DNA from: a virus
Length of the DNA stretch: 64,000 nucleotides
Virus record (IMG/VR): IMGVR_UViG_3300028654_000012
Location: 32,001 to 96,000 of that record
Direction: 5' to 3' (one strand)
Shown here: piece by piece, positions 18,597 through 27,977 of the stretch
How the letters are laid out: every line of letters begins with the position of its first letter
Position numbering within the stretch: position 1 is the first letter of the stretch
Position numbers and translations under genes: made by a program
The notes under the pieces: model-generated
What the model saw: only the letters and a program-made list of their open reading frames with translations
What the model was told of the DNA's origin: nothing
Database searches by the model: none

Positions 18597-18784
18597 TGGA
18601 CGAAGCTACTAAACCCTGGAGTCCCTTAGAATTTGTTGAGAGAATAGCTCCACCAGATGCCGATGAAGCTTGGTTTAGACAAGCTTTGATGTGGGCAGAC
18701 TTGTGGTCTTGTAGTCTCAAGAAATATACTGCGAAGCAACTCCAGAATGAAAATAAGCCTAACCAAGACGGACCGACTATCTAA
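18596..18784 (+). CDS. Hypothetical protein
   Basis: TAATG overlap; 62 aa. Confidence 0.5.
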   Translation: MDEATKPWSPLEFVERIAPPDADEAWFRQALMWADLWSCSLKKYTAKQLQNENKPNQDGPTI

Positions 18785-20288
18785 AGAAGCTTTAGAATGT
18801 CTCTGCGCCGAGAATATCCCCTATTCCGGAACTGCTACGGTTAGTAACGTATTAACCCAAATCACAGGAAATTTACCTACCTGCTTCTGGGCAGACCTAT
18901 CCCACAGAATGTCTTATGAAGTACCTGGAGCGAATTTTTCTGCTCATTTTCAGAACGGCTACTGGGACGGCCGAAAGAAACTCTTTAACAAGAGACTATT
19001 AGTTTTACCAACGGGCCTAATTACTATTCTTCGAGAAACTTGCAAAGACCATTTCGTGTCTTTAACGATTAAAGATATACGTATCAAGCCCGCCCTAGGA
19101 AATCCCATACCTCTACATGGATTAGCTTTAAGAGACTATCAACTAGCAGGAGTTACAGCCGCCCTATCTAAACAGAGAGGGATGATTCATTTCCCTACAG
19201 GCGCAGGCAAGACAGAGATGATTGCCGATCTCATTAGCAAAACAAATCTACCTACCCTTGTTTTAATTCACAAGCAGGATATTTTTCATCAACTAACAGA
19301 AAGGCTCCACAACCGCCTAGGAGTTCCTATTGGCAAAATAGGCTGTGGAGTTGTATACCCCCAAAACATAACTGTAGCAATGATCCAAACCGTTTTCAGA
19401 GCCTACGGCGGAGATCTAAAGAAAGTAAAGGACGTAGACAAGGATGACACCATCATTCCTAAGCCTGAGATTATCAGACAGTGTATCGAAAGAGCGGAGT
19501 GTGTTATCATCGATGAGGCTCACCACACGAGTGCTGATATCTTTTCAGAAGTACTACCTAGATGTACTAAAGCTTTTTATAGATGGGGATTTTCTGCAAC
19601 GCCTTTTAGAGAAGATGGAGCTGATCTATTACTAGATGCTCACACAGGCCCTGTATGCACCAAGATATCTGCCTCTGAACTTATTAAAAAAGGCTACCTC
19701 GCCAAGCCCGATTTTTATCTATTAAACTTTAATCACGGCAAACCTCCTGCAACACCTTACGCAGGCTTTTATACCCAACAGATTGTAAACAATCTATCAC
19801 GTAATAAACTAATTGTTCAAGCTACCTTAAAAGCAGTAGCCTCTGGAAAGACATGCTTAATAGCTGTTACCAGAGTAGAGCACGGAGAAGTGTTAGAGGC
19901 TATGCTGGATGAGGTCCTCCCAGGGAGAGTAAAATTTGCCAGTGGTAAAAGAGACTCTGATGAACGTAAGAAAATTTTATCAGATCTGGATGCTCGAAAG
20001 CTAGATGTAGTTATTTCTACTTCCGTATTTGGTGAAGGGGTAGACTGCCCCAGCCTTAACGTATTAATTAATACTAAAGCGGGCCAATCCGGGGTAGATT
20101 CTCTACAGTTAGCTGGAAGAGCTCTTCGAGTAACCCCTACAAAGAAAACAGCTACCATCATAGACATCTACGATGACCAGTGCAAATTTTTCGGCAAACA
20201 CTCCAAGAGACGTTTCGAAGTATATCAGTCTGAACCCGAGTTCCAACTCAAGAAAACAAATTCTGTCGATGATATTACGTTCAATTAA
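18747..20288 (+). CDS. SF2 DExH helicase (UvsW-like)
   Basis: LRDYQ, PTGAGKT, IIDEAHH, SATP, FGEGVD and QLAGRALR motifs. Confidence 0.9.
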   Translation: MKISLTKTDRLSKEALECLCAENIPYSGTATVSNVLTQITGNLPTCFWADLSHRMSYEVPGANFSAHFQNGYWDGRKKLFNKRLLVLPTGLITILRETCKDHFVSLTIKDIRIKPALGNPIPLHGLALRDYQLAGVTAALSKQRGMIHFPTGAGKTEMIADLISKTNLPTLVLIHKQDIFHQLTERLHNRLGVPIGKIGCGVVYPQNITVAMIQTVFRAYGGDLKKVKDVDKDDTIIPKPEIIRQCIERAECVIIDEAHHTSADIFSEVLPRCTKAFYRWGFSATPFREDGADLLLDAHTGPVCTKISASELIKKGYLAKPDFYLLNFNHGKPPATPYAGFYTQQIVNNLSRNKLIVQATLKAVASGKTCLIAVTRVEHGEVLEAMLDEVLPGRVKFASGKRDSDERKKILSDLDARKLDVVISTSVFGEGVDCPSLNVLINTKAGQSGVDSLQLAGRALRVTPTKKTATIIDIYDDQCKFFGKHSKRRFEVYQSEPEFQLKKTNSVDDITFN

Positions 20289-20294
20289 CGAAAC

Positions 20295-20323
20295 GATTTG
20301 TCGGATTTGTTGTAATATGTAAT
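20295..20323 (+). promoter_or_regulatory. Putative promoter (GATTTGTCGGA followed by TAATAT repeats)
   Basis: The same 11-mer occurs in the intergenic gap at 56495-56505. Confidence 0.35.
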
Positions 20324-20725
20324 ATGAGCATTAAAGCAAGTGAAGCAACAGTTGGAAACAAATATCTAGCCTCTGACGACATCCCCGTAGAGGTTCTTCA
20401 AATCGAAGCAAATGCGGTTACAGTTAGATCGGGTAAGACAGGGAATACTGTGACGTTGCCTTTAGAATATCAGCTGAGAGAAAGTGAAGGAGAAATAATC
20501 ATGACGACAGAGAACACGGCAGGTGCACCTGCCCAGGTAAACTCACCTAAGCGCGGAGCCAAGTCTGCACTTATCGATGAGGGTCTACGTGGTAGTCTTC
20601 CTACAGATGAAATTGTCCGTAAGGTCCTTGAGGCCTTCCCGGACCTATCTGAGAAGAATGTCCGTAACCTAGTTAGCGTTCGCCGGTCTAAGCTCAAAAA
20701 GCTTCCGACCTCCCCGACTGCCTAA
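20324..20725 (+). CDS. Hypothetical two-domain protein (beta-barrel-like N-terminus, basic helical C-terminus)
   Basis: 133 aa; a possible internal start (GGAG RBS, ATG near 20501) separates the two halves. Confidence 0.65.
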   Translation: MSIKASEATVGNKYLASDDIPVEVLQIEANAVTVRSGKTGNTVTLPLEYQLRESEGEIIMTTENTAGAPAQVNSPKRGAKSALIDEGLRGSLPTDEIVRKVLEAFPDLSEKNVRNLVSVRRSKLKKLPTSPTA

Positions 20726-20746
20726 GATCACCTAAGAAGTCGCGTC

Positions 20747-20788
20747 GCCCTCCGCGCGAGTAAGAAATACGGAGGGCACCTATTTTAT
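20747..20788 (+). terminator. GC-rich inverted repeat, possible terminator
   Basis: gccctccg (20747-20754) / cggagggc (20770-20777), followed by ctattttat. Confidence 0.4.
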
Positions 20789-21196
20789 ATGTTAAAAATT
20801 AAGCGTGATAAGTCTTTAGATCAGACAACACCCACCGAATTCGTCAAGTACTTCGTAGGAAAATACCGCCAAGAACTCAAAGCAGATTACCCTGTGAACT
20901 ACGCACGAGACTGTGTTATTATGTCTCAGGTTTTAGATAAGTTTTATAAAGAGGGTAAGGCGCGTAAAGATGTATTTCCCTTCATTGACGAAATGTTTGC
21001 ATCCTATAACGATCGCCCGAGAACGCTACCAATTGATATTAGATTTCTATTAGCTGCAGCTCCTTCTTATTTTAAAAATGGTGGAGATCTTGCCTCTAAA
21101 AAGGTAAAGAATAGTAAGATCGAAATAACTCCCGAGCTTAAGGACTGGCTTGTGAAAGAAAAAGAGAAGTGGTTAAAAAAATCTAATGCTAAGTGA
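20789..21196 (+). CDS. Hypothetical protein, possible replication initiator/loader partner
   Basis: Overlaps the DnaC-like gene; assignment from position only. Confidence 0.5.
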   Translation: MLKIKRDKSLDQTTPTEFVKYFVGKYRQELKADYPVNYARDCVIMSQVLDKFYKEGKARKDVFPFIDEMFASYNDRPRTLPIDIRFLLAAAPSYFKNGGDLASKKVKNSKIEITPELKDWLVKEKEKWLKKSNAK

Positions 21197-21878
21197 ACGC
21201 GATAAAAAGAAGCTGGCGCTTCTTAAAGAACAACTAATTTCAGTCTGTCCTAAGTGTAATGGGACAGCTATAGGTTGTTCATGCCTAGACGCTTTTCGGG
21301 TAGAGTTCAGAAAGGTTAAATCTAATTTACCTGCCAAGTACAGATCAGCAAAGGTAGAAGATATTACACACCCTCAAATTCTAAAAGCTAGACAAGCTTT
21401 ACAGGACTACGTAAATAAAGTAACGGAACATCGAGCATCAGGCATGGGATTAGTATTATATGGGTCTACAGGACTAGGAAAGACCTATCTGGCTAGTGCA
21501 GTTTTAAACGAAGCATTTAAGTTCGGGTACACAGGATATTTTACTACTTTAGACAGGTGTGTTAACGAGTACGCGAGTGGATGGAAAGATATAGATTTAA
21601 AAATGGAATTCACATCATCAGTTCTAGAAAAAGACTTTCTAGTACTAGATGAGGTAGGTAATGAATCTAGAACCAATGTAGCCCTAGTAAGAGGGTGTCT
21701 TAATGATATTCTAAGACATAGATCAAATAGTTTACTACCTACGATTATAACGTCTAATTTAGCTTTTGAAAAGTTCGCAACTGCATACGGCGAGGAAGTA
21801 TACTCACTACTGCACGAGTCAAGCATTCCTGTCCCTTTCGAAGGAATAGATTTTAGGAAGGGGATGACCCAAGTATGA
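21186..21878 (+). CDS. DnaC/IstB-like helicase loader ATPase
   Basis: N-terminal CPKC..CSC, Walker A GSTGLGKT, Walker B LVLDEVG, TIITSNL. Confidence 0.87.
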   Translation: MLSERDKKKLALLKEQLISVCPKCNGTAIGCSCLDAFRVEFRKVKSNLPAKYRSAKVEDITHPQILKARQALQDYVNKVTEHRASGMGLVLYGSTGLGKTYLASAVLNEAFKFGYTGYFTTLDRCVNEYASGWKDIDLKMEFTSSVLEKDFLVLDEVGNESRTNVALVRGCLNDILRHRSNSLLPTIITSNLAFEKFATAYGEEVYSLLHESSIPVPFEGIDFRKGMTQV

Positions 21879-22807
21879 GCGCGAAATCTAGGCCGGGAAA
21901 CGCAATAGCCGAAAGAACTAGAAGATTTGATTTTGGGGAGGAAGAACCTACCTCCAGAGAATACTGTCAGTATAGTATTCTGGAGAACGGCCAATATACG
22001 TTAGGGCTATCTACAGTGCCTAAGCTTCCCTCAGGTGCTTATAATATAGAGTGGACACCTCAAAATGGTATCGTCTTTAAAAAGAGAGTAATCAAGGGAG
22101 ACGAATTCCTTAACCTGGAAGAATCTCTGTCAGGTAATTTATTTAAGGAGATCACCCAATTCTGGCAGAAGGGGCCTATCTTTAAGAAGTATGGATTACT
22201 CCATCGCAGAGGCTACCTTCTTTATGGTCCTCAAGGATCGGGAAAATCTAGTATCATCTCTCAGACAGTACATGAGCTAGCCACTAGAGAAAATGGGGTC
22301 TCTTTTATCTGTGATCAGGTAGGTGTAATGGCCGACGCTCTTTCTTCTTTTAGAAAGGTAGAACCTGATAGACCTGCCATCTGCGTCTTCGAAGACATTG
22401 ATGACATCATTGAGCACCAAAATGAGGCGGTTCTATTATCAATGCTAGACGGAGAAACTCAGATAGATAAGGTGATTAACATCGCTACTACTAATTATCC
22501 CGAGAAGCTCGAAGATAGAATTATTGCTCGGCCGCGTAGATTTGATAGGGTGATTAAAGTAGATATGCCTAATTCCAACCTGAGACGTGCATACTTTAAA
22601 GAGAAGTTAAACTTAGGTGTTGAAGATCTAAATAAGTGGACGTCTGACACAGAAGGTTTGTCTTTCGCGTGCTTAACTGAATTAGTGATTAGCGTAAAAT
22701 GCCTTGACCATGATTACGATGAAACTTTAAAGACGCTGAGAGGCATCTTAAAGTCCAAAGTATCCAGCAAGGACGATGTAAGTAAACCAGGATTTGCACT
22801 CAGCTAA
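21875..22807 (+). CDS. AAA+ ATPase (BCS1/FtsH-like AAA domain)
   Basis: RRGYLLYGPQGSGKSS, FEDIDD, ATTNYPEKL, RPRRFDRVI. Confidence 0.85.
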   Translation: MSAKSRPGNAIAERTRRFDFGEEEPTSREYCQYSILENGQYTLGLSTVPKLPSGAYNIEWTPQNGIVFKKRVIKGDEFLNLEESLSGNLFKEITQFWQKGPIFKKYGLLHRRGYLLYGPQGSGKSSIISQTVHELATRENGVSFICDQVGVMADALSSFRKVEPDRPAICVFEDIDDIIEHQNEAVLLSMLDGETQIDKVINIATTNYPEKLEDRIIARPRRFDRVIKVDMPNSNLRRAYFKEKLNLGVEDLNKWTSDTEGLSFACLTELVISVKCLDHDYDETLKTLRGILKSKVSSKDDVSKPGFALS

Positions 22808-24159
22808 TGAATATTACTTTAGAAAAAACATTCCTTAAGAAATCCCTTTCGTCACTGACAGGGTTTCAGGAACTGCCTCAGCTTCAGTTTACGGATGAAC
22901 TTCTTCAGGACCAGACGTGTCGCAAGTTATATGAAGTAGCCAACTGGTATTATACTAAATACCAGAACCTAGTCTCTGCCGATACTCTTAAACTTCTACT
23001 AGATAAGTCTACAAAGATCGACGGACCTTCTAAGGAAAGAGTCTTCTTACTATATACTGAACTTCAAAATACATCTGATCCTGCGGATCAGAATATTAAG
23101 TTTGTAGTTGATCAGTTAAAGGATGAGAGGCGTAAAGATTTACTGAAAGAAACGCTACTAGTATCTGCTAATAACTTTGAATCAGGTAAAGTAGATCAAG
23201 CTTTGTTAGATTTAAAGAAGGGTATTAACAAGATTGAATTAAACATCAAGGAAGACATTAGAGAGGGATATCTCCATGAATCTTCTGACTCCCGCTGGGA
23301 TAGATATCAGGATATCAAGAATAACCCTGACAAGTTTAAAGGTATTCCTATTGGATTTCCTTCATTAGATATAACTACTAACGGAATCAGACCTGGACAG
23401 TTAATGGTTGTTATTGCAGGAGTAAAAGAAGGTAAGTCAACGTTTCTTTTAAACGCCGCATACCACGCCTCAATAATGGGCTACAAGGTTTTGTATGTTT
23501 CAGTTGAAATGCCTAAGGAGCAGATAGAGAGACGCTATGACGCTAGAGATAGCGGTCTTTCTTATAGCCGGATTAGAGATGGTAGATTAACTCCTGCCGA
23601 AGAGAAGATATATCAGGAGTGTATTACACGACAGAAGGGTAGACCTGGTAAATTCTATACCCTCGACGCCCATGACTGCTCTACGTCGTACCTAAAATCT
23701 AAGCTGTTAAGCTTCCCGTATAAGTTTGATCTAGTAGTCGTTGATTACTTAACTTTGATTAAGTCTTCTAAAGCAGGCCAATCAAGTAGAGAGATGTGGC
23801 AAACCGTAGGAGATATCACGTACGAGATACGCGACATTGCGCGAGAACTGAATGTTCCGATCATCACTGCGGCACAGGCAAATCGCGATGGAATGAAAGA
23901 ATCTAAGTACAAGTATGGCGTCGAAAATATCGGGCTATCTCACTTAATCTCCGCCCATGCAGATACTCTAATCTCACTACGCCTGGTAGATAGAGATGAG
24001 CTCGAGATTAACGATGTAGTAGAAATGACTGCCGCTACTATTGCTGTACGCGATGATAAAGCTTGCCGATTCACATTGGACGCTTGCTTCGATAAAATGC
24101 TGTTAGTTGAAAGACAGTTGCGCTTAACTGGAGATACTACTCCTAGTAGATCTTACTAA
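22807..24159 (+). CDS. dnaB: DnaB-like replicative helicase
   Basis: GIPIGFPSLD..TNG, Walker A AGVKEGKST, SVEM, VVVDYL, AAQANR. Confidence 0.9.
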   Translation: MNITLEKTFLKKSLSSLTGFQELPQLQFTDELLQDQTCRKLYEVANWYYTKYQNLVSADTLKLLLDKSTKIDGPSKERVFLLYTELQNTSDPADQNIKFVVDQLKDERRKDLLKETLLVSANNFESGKVDQALLDLKKGINKIELNIKEDIREGYLHESSDSRWDRYQDIKNNPDKFKGIPIGFPSLDITTNGIRPGQLMVVIAGVKEGKSTFLLNAAYHASIMGYKVLYVSVEMPKEQIERRYDARDSGLSYSRIRDGRLTPAEEKIYQECITRQKGRPGKFYTLDAHDCSTSYLKSKLLSFPYKFDLVVVDYLTLIKSSKAGQSSREMWQTVGDITYEIRDIARELNVPIITAAQANRDGMKESKYKYGVENIGLSHLISAHADTLISLRLVDRDELEINDVVEMTAATIAVRDDKACRFTLDACFDKMLLVERQLRLTGDTTPSRSY

Positions 24160-24221
24160 GTACCCGCAACAAACTTCTAAATTGCTCGTATAAGATATAA
24201 GAAGGATAATTTAGGAGTAAT

Positions 24222-24917
24222 ATGTCAAAAGCAACCGAAGCGCAAAAAGCCCACTTAAATCAAGTTAACGCAGATCTGATGCCCATCTTTTTCAAGTATC
24301 ATGATACTAAAATCAAATTACAAACAGTAACGGATCCAATTATTAAAGACGCTCTTGAGTATGATGCAATTCAATATCGTAATCAAGCGGTTGAAAAAGT
24401 ATTGGCGGAGCTGAGCGATTATCTCGATTCATTAATATATAGTTGGAATAACCATTTTGATTATAGTGAAGCTAAGTCATATGCGTACGAGAACCTATTA
24501 GAAGCGGTACAGAGATATAATCCTCACGTAACGCCTTTTTGCAAGTTCACTTCGTTCTTTTATATGTATAATCAAAACATTTTTAAGAATCTTTTAATTG
24601 GAACTCGGGCAAAGAAGAGGGACGTTTTTAAGACAGATTCACTTGACGCAACATGGGAAAGTTCTAGTGATGATATTGACACACCTAAGATATCTGAAAC
24701 TAATTTAAAAGATACTCCTTCCGAAGATCCTTCCGCTCAGTTAGAGACCAAATTAATAGTCCAAGAACTTTATAAGAAAGCTTCTCCTAAGCAAAAGAGA
24801 ATCTTAAAGAGATTATACTTTGGATATAGCCGTGCTGACATCGCTCGATCCTTAAAGATGTCTCAGACACGAATTAATTCTTTAATCAATCAACTACCTG
24901 CTCTTCTAGAGAAATAA
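24222..24917 (+). CDS. Sigma70-family-like RNA polymerase sigma factor
   Basis: Region-2-like 'AYENLLEAVQRYNP...FTSFFYMY..N' and region-4 HTH 'KRILKRLYFGYSRADIARSLKMSQTRI'. Confidence 0.68.
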   Translation: MSKATEAQKAHLNQVNADLMPIFFKYHDTKIKLQTVTDPIIKDALEYDAIQYRNQAVEKVLAELSDYLDSLIYSWNNHFDYSEAKSYAYENLLEAVQRYNPHVTPFCKFTSFFYMYNQNIFKNLLIGTRAKKRDVFKTDSLDATWESSSDDIDTPKISETNLKDTPSEDPSAQLETKLIVQELYKKASPKQKRILKRLYFGYSRADIARSLKMSQTRINSLINQLPALLEK

Positions 24918-25001
24918 TGCATCTTCTATTTTTAATTACTCTTGAAGTAATAGGGCTCCTTGGCTTATTAGCTTTAGTTGTCATTCTCACAATGTAAATT
25001 T

Positions 25002-25484
25002 ATGGACATATTCGACGTTCTAGATAAATATAAAGTAGACTACCAAGCGCAGGGCACGCTATACGTAGCCTATTGCCCTTTCCATGATGACGCAGGTAGA
25101 CCTAACTTCACTATATATCCTACTACGGATAGCTATTTTTGCTACGCATGTAAGAAAGGAGGGGGCCCTGTAGAATTTGTAATGGCGGCAGAGGGTAAAA
25201 CTAAAGAAGAAGCTACTCTCATAGTTCATGAAGACTTATCTTTCTTAATTAAGAAGTTAGAAGAAGAGCCTCCTACGCACCCTGTTAACGATGAGGCTAA
25301 TCTTCAATTAAGTATCCAAATTAGAGACTTCTTAAAAGATAACCCCAATAAGATATCTAAGGTACTAGGAATTTGTCGTAGGGTAGATGATACTTTAAAT
25401 AAAGGACCTCTTACCCGTGAAGAAGCCGCTGATTTAACTCAGAGGGTTACTAAAGTTTTAAGTTCGTTAAATGACAAGATGTAA
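25002..25484 (+). CDS. Stand-alone CHC2 zinc-binding domain of DnaG-type primase
   Basis: YCPFHDD..PNFTIYP...YFCYACKKGG; no TOPRIM domain follows. ATG at 25002 is the likelier start. Confidence 0.82.
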   Translation: MDIFDVLDKYKVDYQAQGTLYVAYCPFHDDAGRPNFTIYPTTDSYFCYACKKGGGPVEFVMAAEGKTKEEATLIVHEDLSFLIKKLEEEPPTHPVNDEANLQLSIQIRDFLKDNPNKISKVLGICRRVDDTLNKGPLTREEAADLTQRVTKVLSSLNDKM

Positions 25485-25516
25485 TATTATAAGGTAGCAT
25501 ATTTAAAGAGGATAAC

Positions 25517-26200
25517 ATGAAAACAATTTTGATTTATAGCGGCGGACTTGACTCAACCACTTTGCTTTACCAGTTGAAAGCGCAGGGACGTGACGTTAAG
25601 GCCCTCTCTATCAACTACGGTCAGCGTCATTCAAAGGAACTAGATTTCGCTAAGAGAAACTGCGATGCGCTGGGAGTGGAGCACCGAACGGTAGATCTCT
25701 CTTCTCTTAAACCCTTACTGGGGGGAAGTTCTCAGACGGATGCTAGTGTAGCTGTTCCCGAAGGTCATTATGCCGCGGAGAACATGAAACTCACGGTAGT
25801 GCCTAATCGTAACATGCTTATGTTATCCGTAGCAGCTGCCTGGGCGATTGCGGAAAAGGCTGATACTATTGCCTACGCGGCGCACTCCGGAGATCATGCT
25901 ATCTACCCTGACTGTCGTGAAGAGTTTGTAGATGCTTTGAACAAGGCGTTAGGATTAGCTGATTGGCATACCGTTCAGATCGAGAGACCTTTTATCAACA
26001 TCTCTAAATCTGATATTGTTAAGTTGGGCAACGATCTTAAGGTACCTTTTGCAGATACTTGGAGTTGCTACAAGGGTGGAGATAAAGCCTGCGGAGTATG
26101 TGGTACGTGTTACGAGAGGCGCGAAGCTTTCGTAGAGGCCGGCGTTACGGACCCTACTCCTTATCTAGACTCTACTACTAAGTTTCAGGTCCCGGCATAA
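25517..26200 (+). CDS. queC: 7-cyano-7-deazaguanine (preQ0) synthase
   Basis: SGGLDSTT, YGQRH, VPNRN, YPDCR, TWSCY...CGVCGTC. Confidence 0.96.
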   Translation: MKTILIYSGGLDSTTLLYQLKAQGRDVKALSINYGQRHSKELDFAKRNCDALGVEHRTVDLSSLKPLLGGSSQTDASVAVPEGHYAAENMKLTVVPNRNMLMLSVAAAWAIAEKADTIAYAAHSGDHAIYPDCREEFVDALNKALGLADWHTVQIERPFINISKSDIVKLGNDLKVPFADTWSCYKGGDKACGVCGTCYERREAFVEAGVTDPTPYLDSTTKFQVPA

Positions 26201-26201
26201 T

Positions 26202-26381
26202 ATGAGTATTAAGAAATCTAAATACTACCTAGTAAAGCATATGGCTGGCCCCGACATCATTAAGACAAATGATAAGAGGAAGATTAAGGCTTGGCTTACT
26301 AAATTCTATGAGGATTGTTCAAATCCCCCGGATCTAAATAGGCATATCTCCATACGTGAAATCGAAGTAATATCTGTATAA
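26202..26381 (+). CDS. Small hypothetical protein (59 aa, below the ORF-track cutoff)
   Basis: ATG right after the queC stop; MSIKKSKYYLVKH...EIEVISV* fills the gap. Confidence 0.55.
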   Translation: MSIKKSKYYLVKHMAGPDIIKTNDKRKIKAWLTKFYEDCSNPPDLNRHISIREIEVISV

Positions 26382-26386
26382 ATATC

Positions 26387-26632
26387 ATGAAAGAAAAACT
26401 AACTAAGCGGTACTCAAGAAAGCTATCCTATAAATACGCCTCAGAAGAGTTCTCTACGGAACTAACCCGAGAAGTAGATTATAATACTAAAGACGAATTC
26501 TTAGCTGCTAGTGAGAAGCTCGCCGCTCAAGTTAAGGCTCTGACAGCCCGAGATCTAGAGAAGCATTCTGAACTTTTGAAAGAAGCTGTCGAAAACGGCG
26601 ACGCTGTTAAAACACAGGAAACTACAGTTTAA
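26387..26632 (+). CDS. Hypothetical protein
   Basis: 81 aa, tightly packed. Confidence 0.6.
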   Translation: MKEKLTKRYSRKLSYKYASEEFSTELTREVDYNTKDEFLAASEKLAAQVKALTARDLEKHSELLKEAVENGDAVKTQETTV

Positions 26633-26635
26633 TTT

Positions 26636-27178
26636 ATGATGACCGTTGAACAGAGACGAGAACTTTTACAGGAGATTAACTCCATACGTCTATCTCTCGA
26701 TAGTGATCCTGCTACTACAGGTCTTAGTCTCGTTAATGGCAAGATTGCTGAGATTCATGCCCATAAAGAGAGAGTAGGGCATATCTTATCTCAGGCCATT
26801 GAAAACGAGAGGGAAGCTAACAGACTACTCAATGAAGCTAAACTTGAGCACGAGATTAAGCTAAATAAGATTCTCGCTACTGATGAGACTGTAAGAACTC
26901 AGAAATCTCAGGATATGCGTATAGTGGCGGGTAATGCCTTAATTCCAGCTGAATACCTTCGCGTAAGACAGCTAGAAATAGAAGCGGCTGATGCCGACGC
27001 TTTCCATAAGATAGTTCAAGCCAAGTACAATCATCTAGAAGGAACTAACTCTAGCGTTTCTAGACAGATCACTGTAATTCAGTTACAGTTAGAGATTGGT
27101 GAAATTGAACGCAGATTTCCCGGTCAATGGCAGGCAGCTCCTGGACAAGGTCGTACAATAACAGTCAAAGGAAGCTAA
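26636..27178 (+). CDS. Coiled-coil protein, possibly UvsY-like recombination mediator
   Basis: All-helical heptad-rich sequence just upstream of the SSB and RecA genes; function inferred from position. Confidence 0.4.
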   Translation: MMTVEQRRELLQEINSIRLSLDSDPATTGLSLVNGKIAEIHAHKERVGHILSQAIENEREANRLLNEAKLEHEIKLNKILATDETVRTQKSQDMRIVAGNALIPAEYLRVRQLEIEAADADAFHKIVQAKYNHLEGTNSSVSRQITVIQLQLEIGEIERRFPGQWQAAPGQGRTITVKGS

Positions 27179-27354
27179 TGGCCCGAATTGGTCTTAAGGC
27201 TCTAGGCGTTAATCTAGACCCTATTAAACATCTTACGATAGAAGAAGTATTCGGTTCAGGAATTGTTGCAGTAACAGAATGTAATAAGAAGTGGTGGAAG
27301 ATAATTAGAGATAAGGATCTTAAAATTAAATTGGACGTTAAGGGAGTAAAGTAA
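27178..27354 (+). CDS. Small basic protein, SWIB/MDM2-like
   Basis: TAATG start; 'LTIEEVFGSGIVAVTECNKKWWKIIRDKDL' resembles stand-alone SWIB-like proteins. Confidence 0.38.
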   Translation: MARIGLKALGVNLDPIKHLTIEEVFGSGIVAVTECNKKWWKIIRDKDLKIKLDVKGVK

Positions 27355-27355
27355 C

Positions 27356-27841
27356 ATGGGTTTTAAAATTAAGAAAGAAAAGGACATCGAAGAGGGAGAT
27401 TATCTCGCTCGTTTGTCAGATGCACAGCCTCACACAGGAGCCTTCGGCCCTTGTATTAAGTTTCAGTTTGAGGTCGTGGAAGGTGAATTTGCTGGACAGG
27501 AAGTCTCAATGATTCGTCCTGCACGTCTTGCAATGGGTAATAAGCTTGACAGAACGCTTCAGGAGATGGGTTTAGATACATCACAAATCACTGACGAAGT
27601 GGATGTAGATGTACTGAAGGGTAAGGTGTTCAAGGTTCGCATCGAGAACAAGACTAGTACAAAGGGTAAGGTGTTTGCTAACGTAATCACTGCGCGCCCG
27701 GTCTCCGGTGGATACTCTGCTCCCGTAGCTGCCACTCCTTCAACTCCTGCAGCTCCTCAGCCTCAGGTTCTACGGTCAGCGCCGCCAGCTAGACCTCAGG
27801 TAAATGCTTCTCAGCCTCCAATCGAAGACGTACCTTTCTAA
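27356..27841 (+). CDS. Single-stranded DNA-binding protein (OB fold, acidic tail)
   Basis: Beta-rich N-domain, Pro/Ala linker and SSB-type C-terminus PPIEDVPF. Confidence 0.75.
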   Translation: MGFKIKKEKDIEEGDYLARLSDAQPHTGAFGPCIKFQFEVVEGEFAGQEVSMIRPARLAMGNKLDRTLQEMGLDTSQITDEVDVDVLKGKVFKVRIENKTSTKGKVFANVITARPVSGGYSAPVAATPSTPAAPQPQVLRSAPPARPQVNASQPPIEDVPF

Positions 27842-27853
27842 TAGGAGATCAAG

Positions 27854-27964
27854 ATGAGTGAAATGGAACAAGCTAACGTAGAGCATTTGAGAGCTCAGAC
27901 AAGACTTATCAATGCTCAAGCCGCAAGTCTCGAAGCAGAACTACGTAATAAATATACGAAGTAA
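27854..27964 (+). CDS. Small hypothetical protein (36 aa)
   Basis: AGGAG RBS; MSEMEQANVEHLRAQTRLINAQAASLEAELRNKYTK*. Confidence 0.5.
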   Translation: MSEMEQANVEHLRAQTRLINAQAASLEAELRNKYTK

Positions 27965-27977
27965 ATAAGGGGAAATC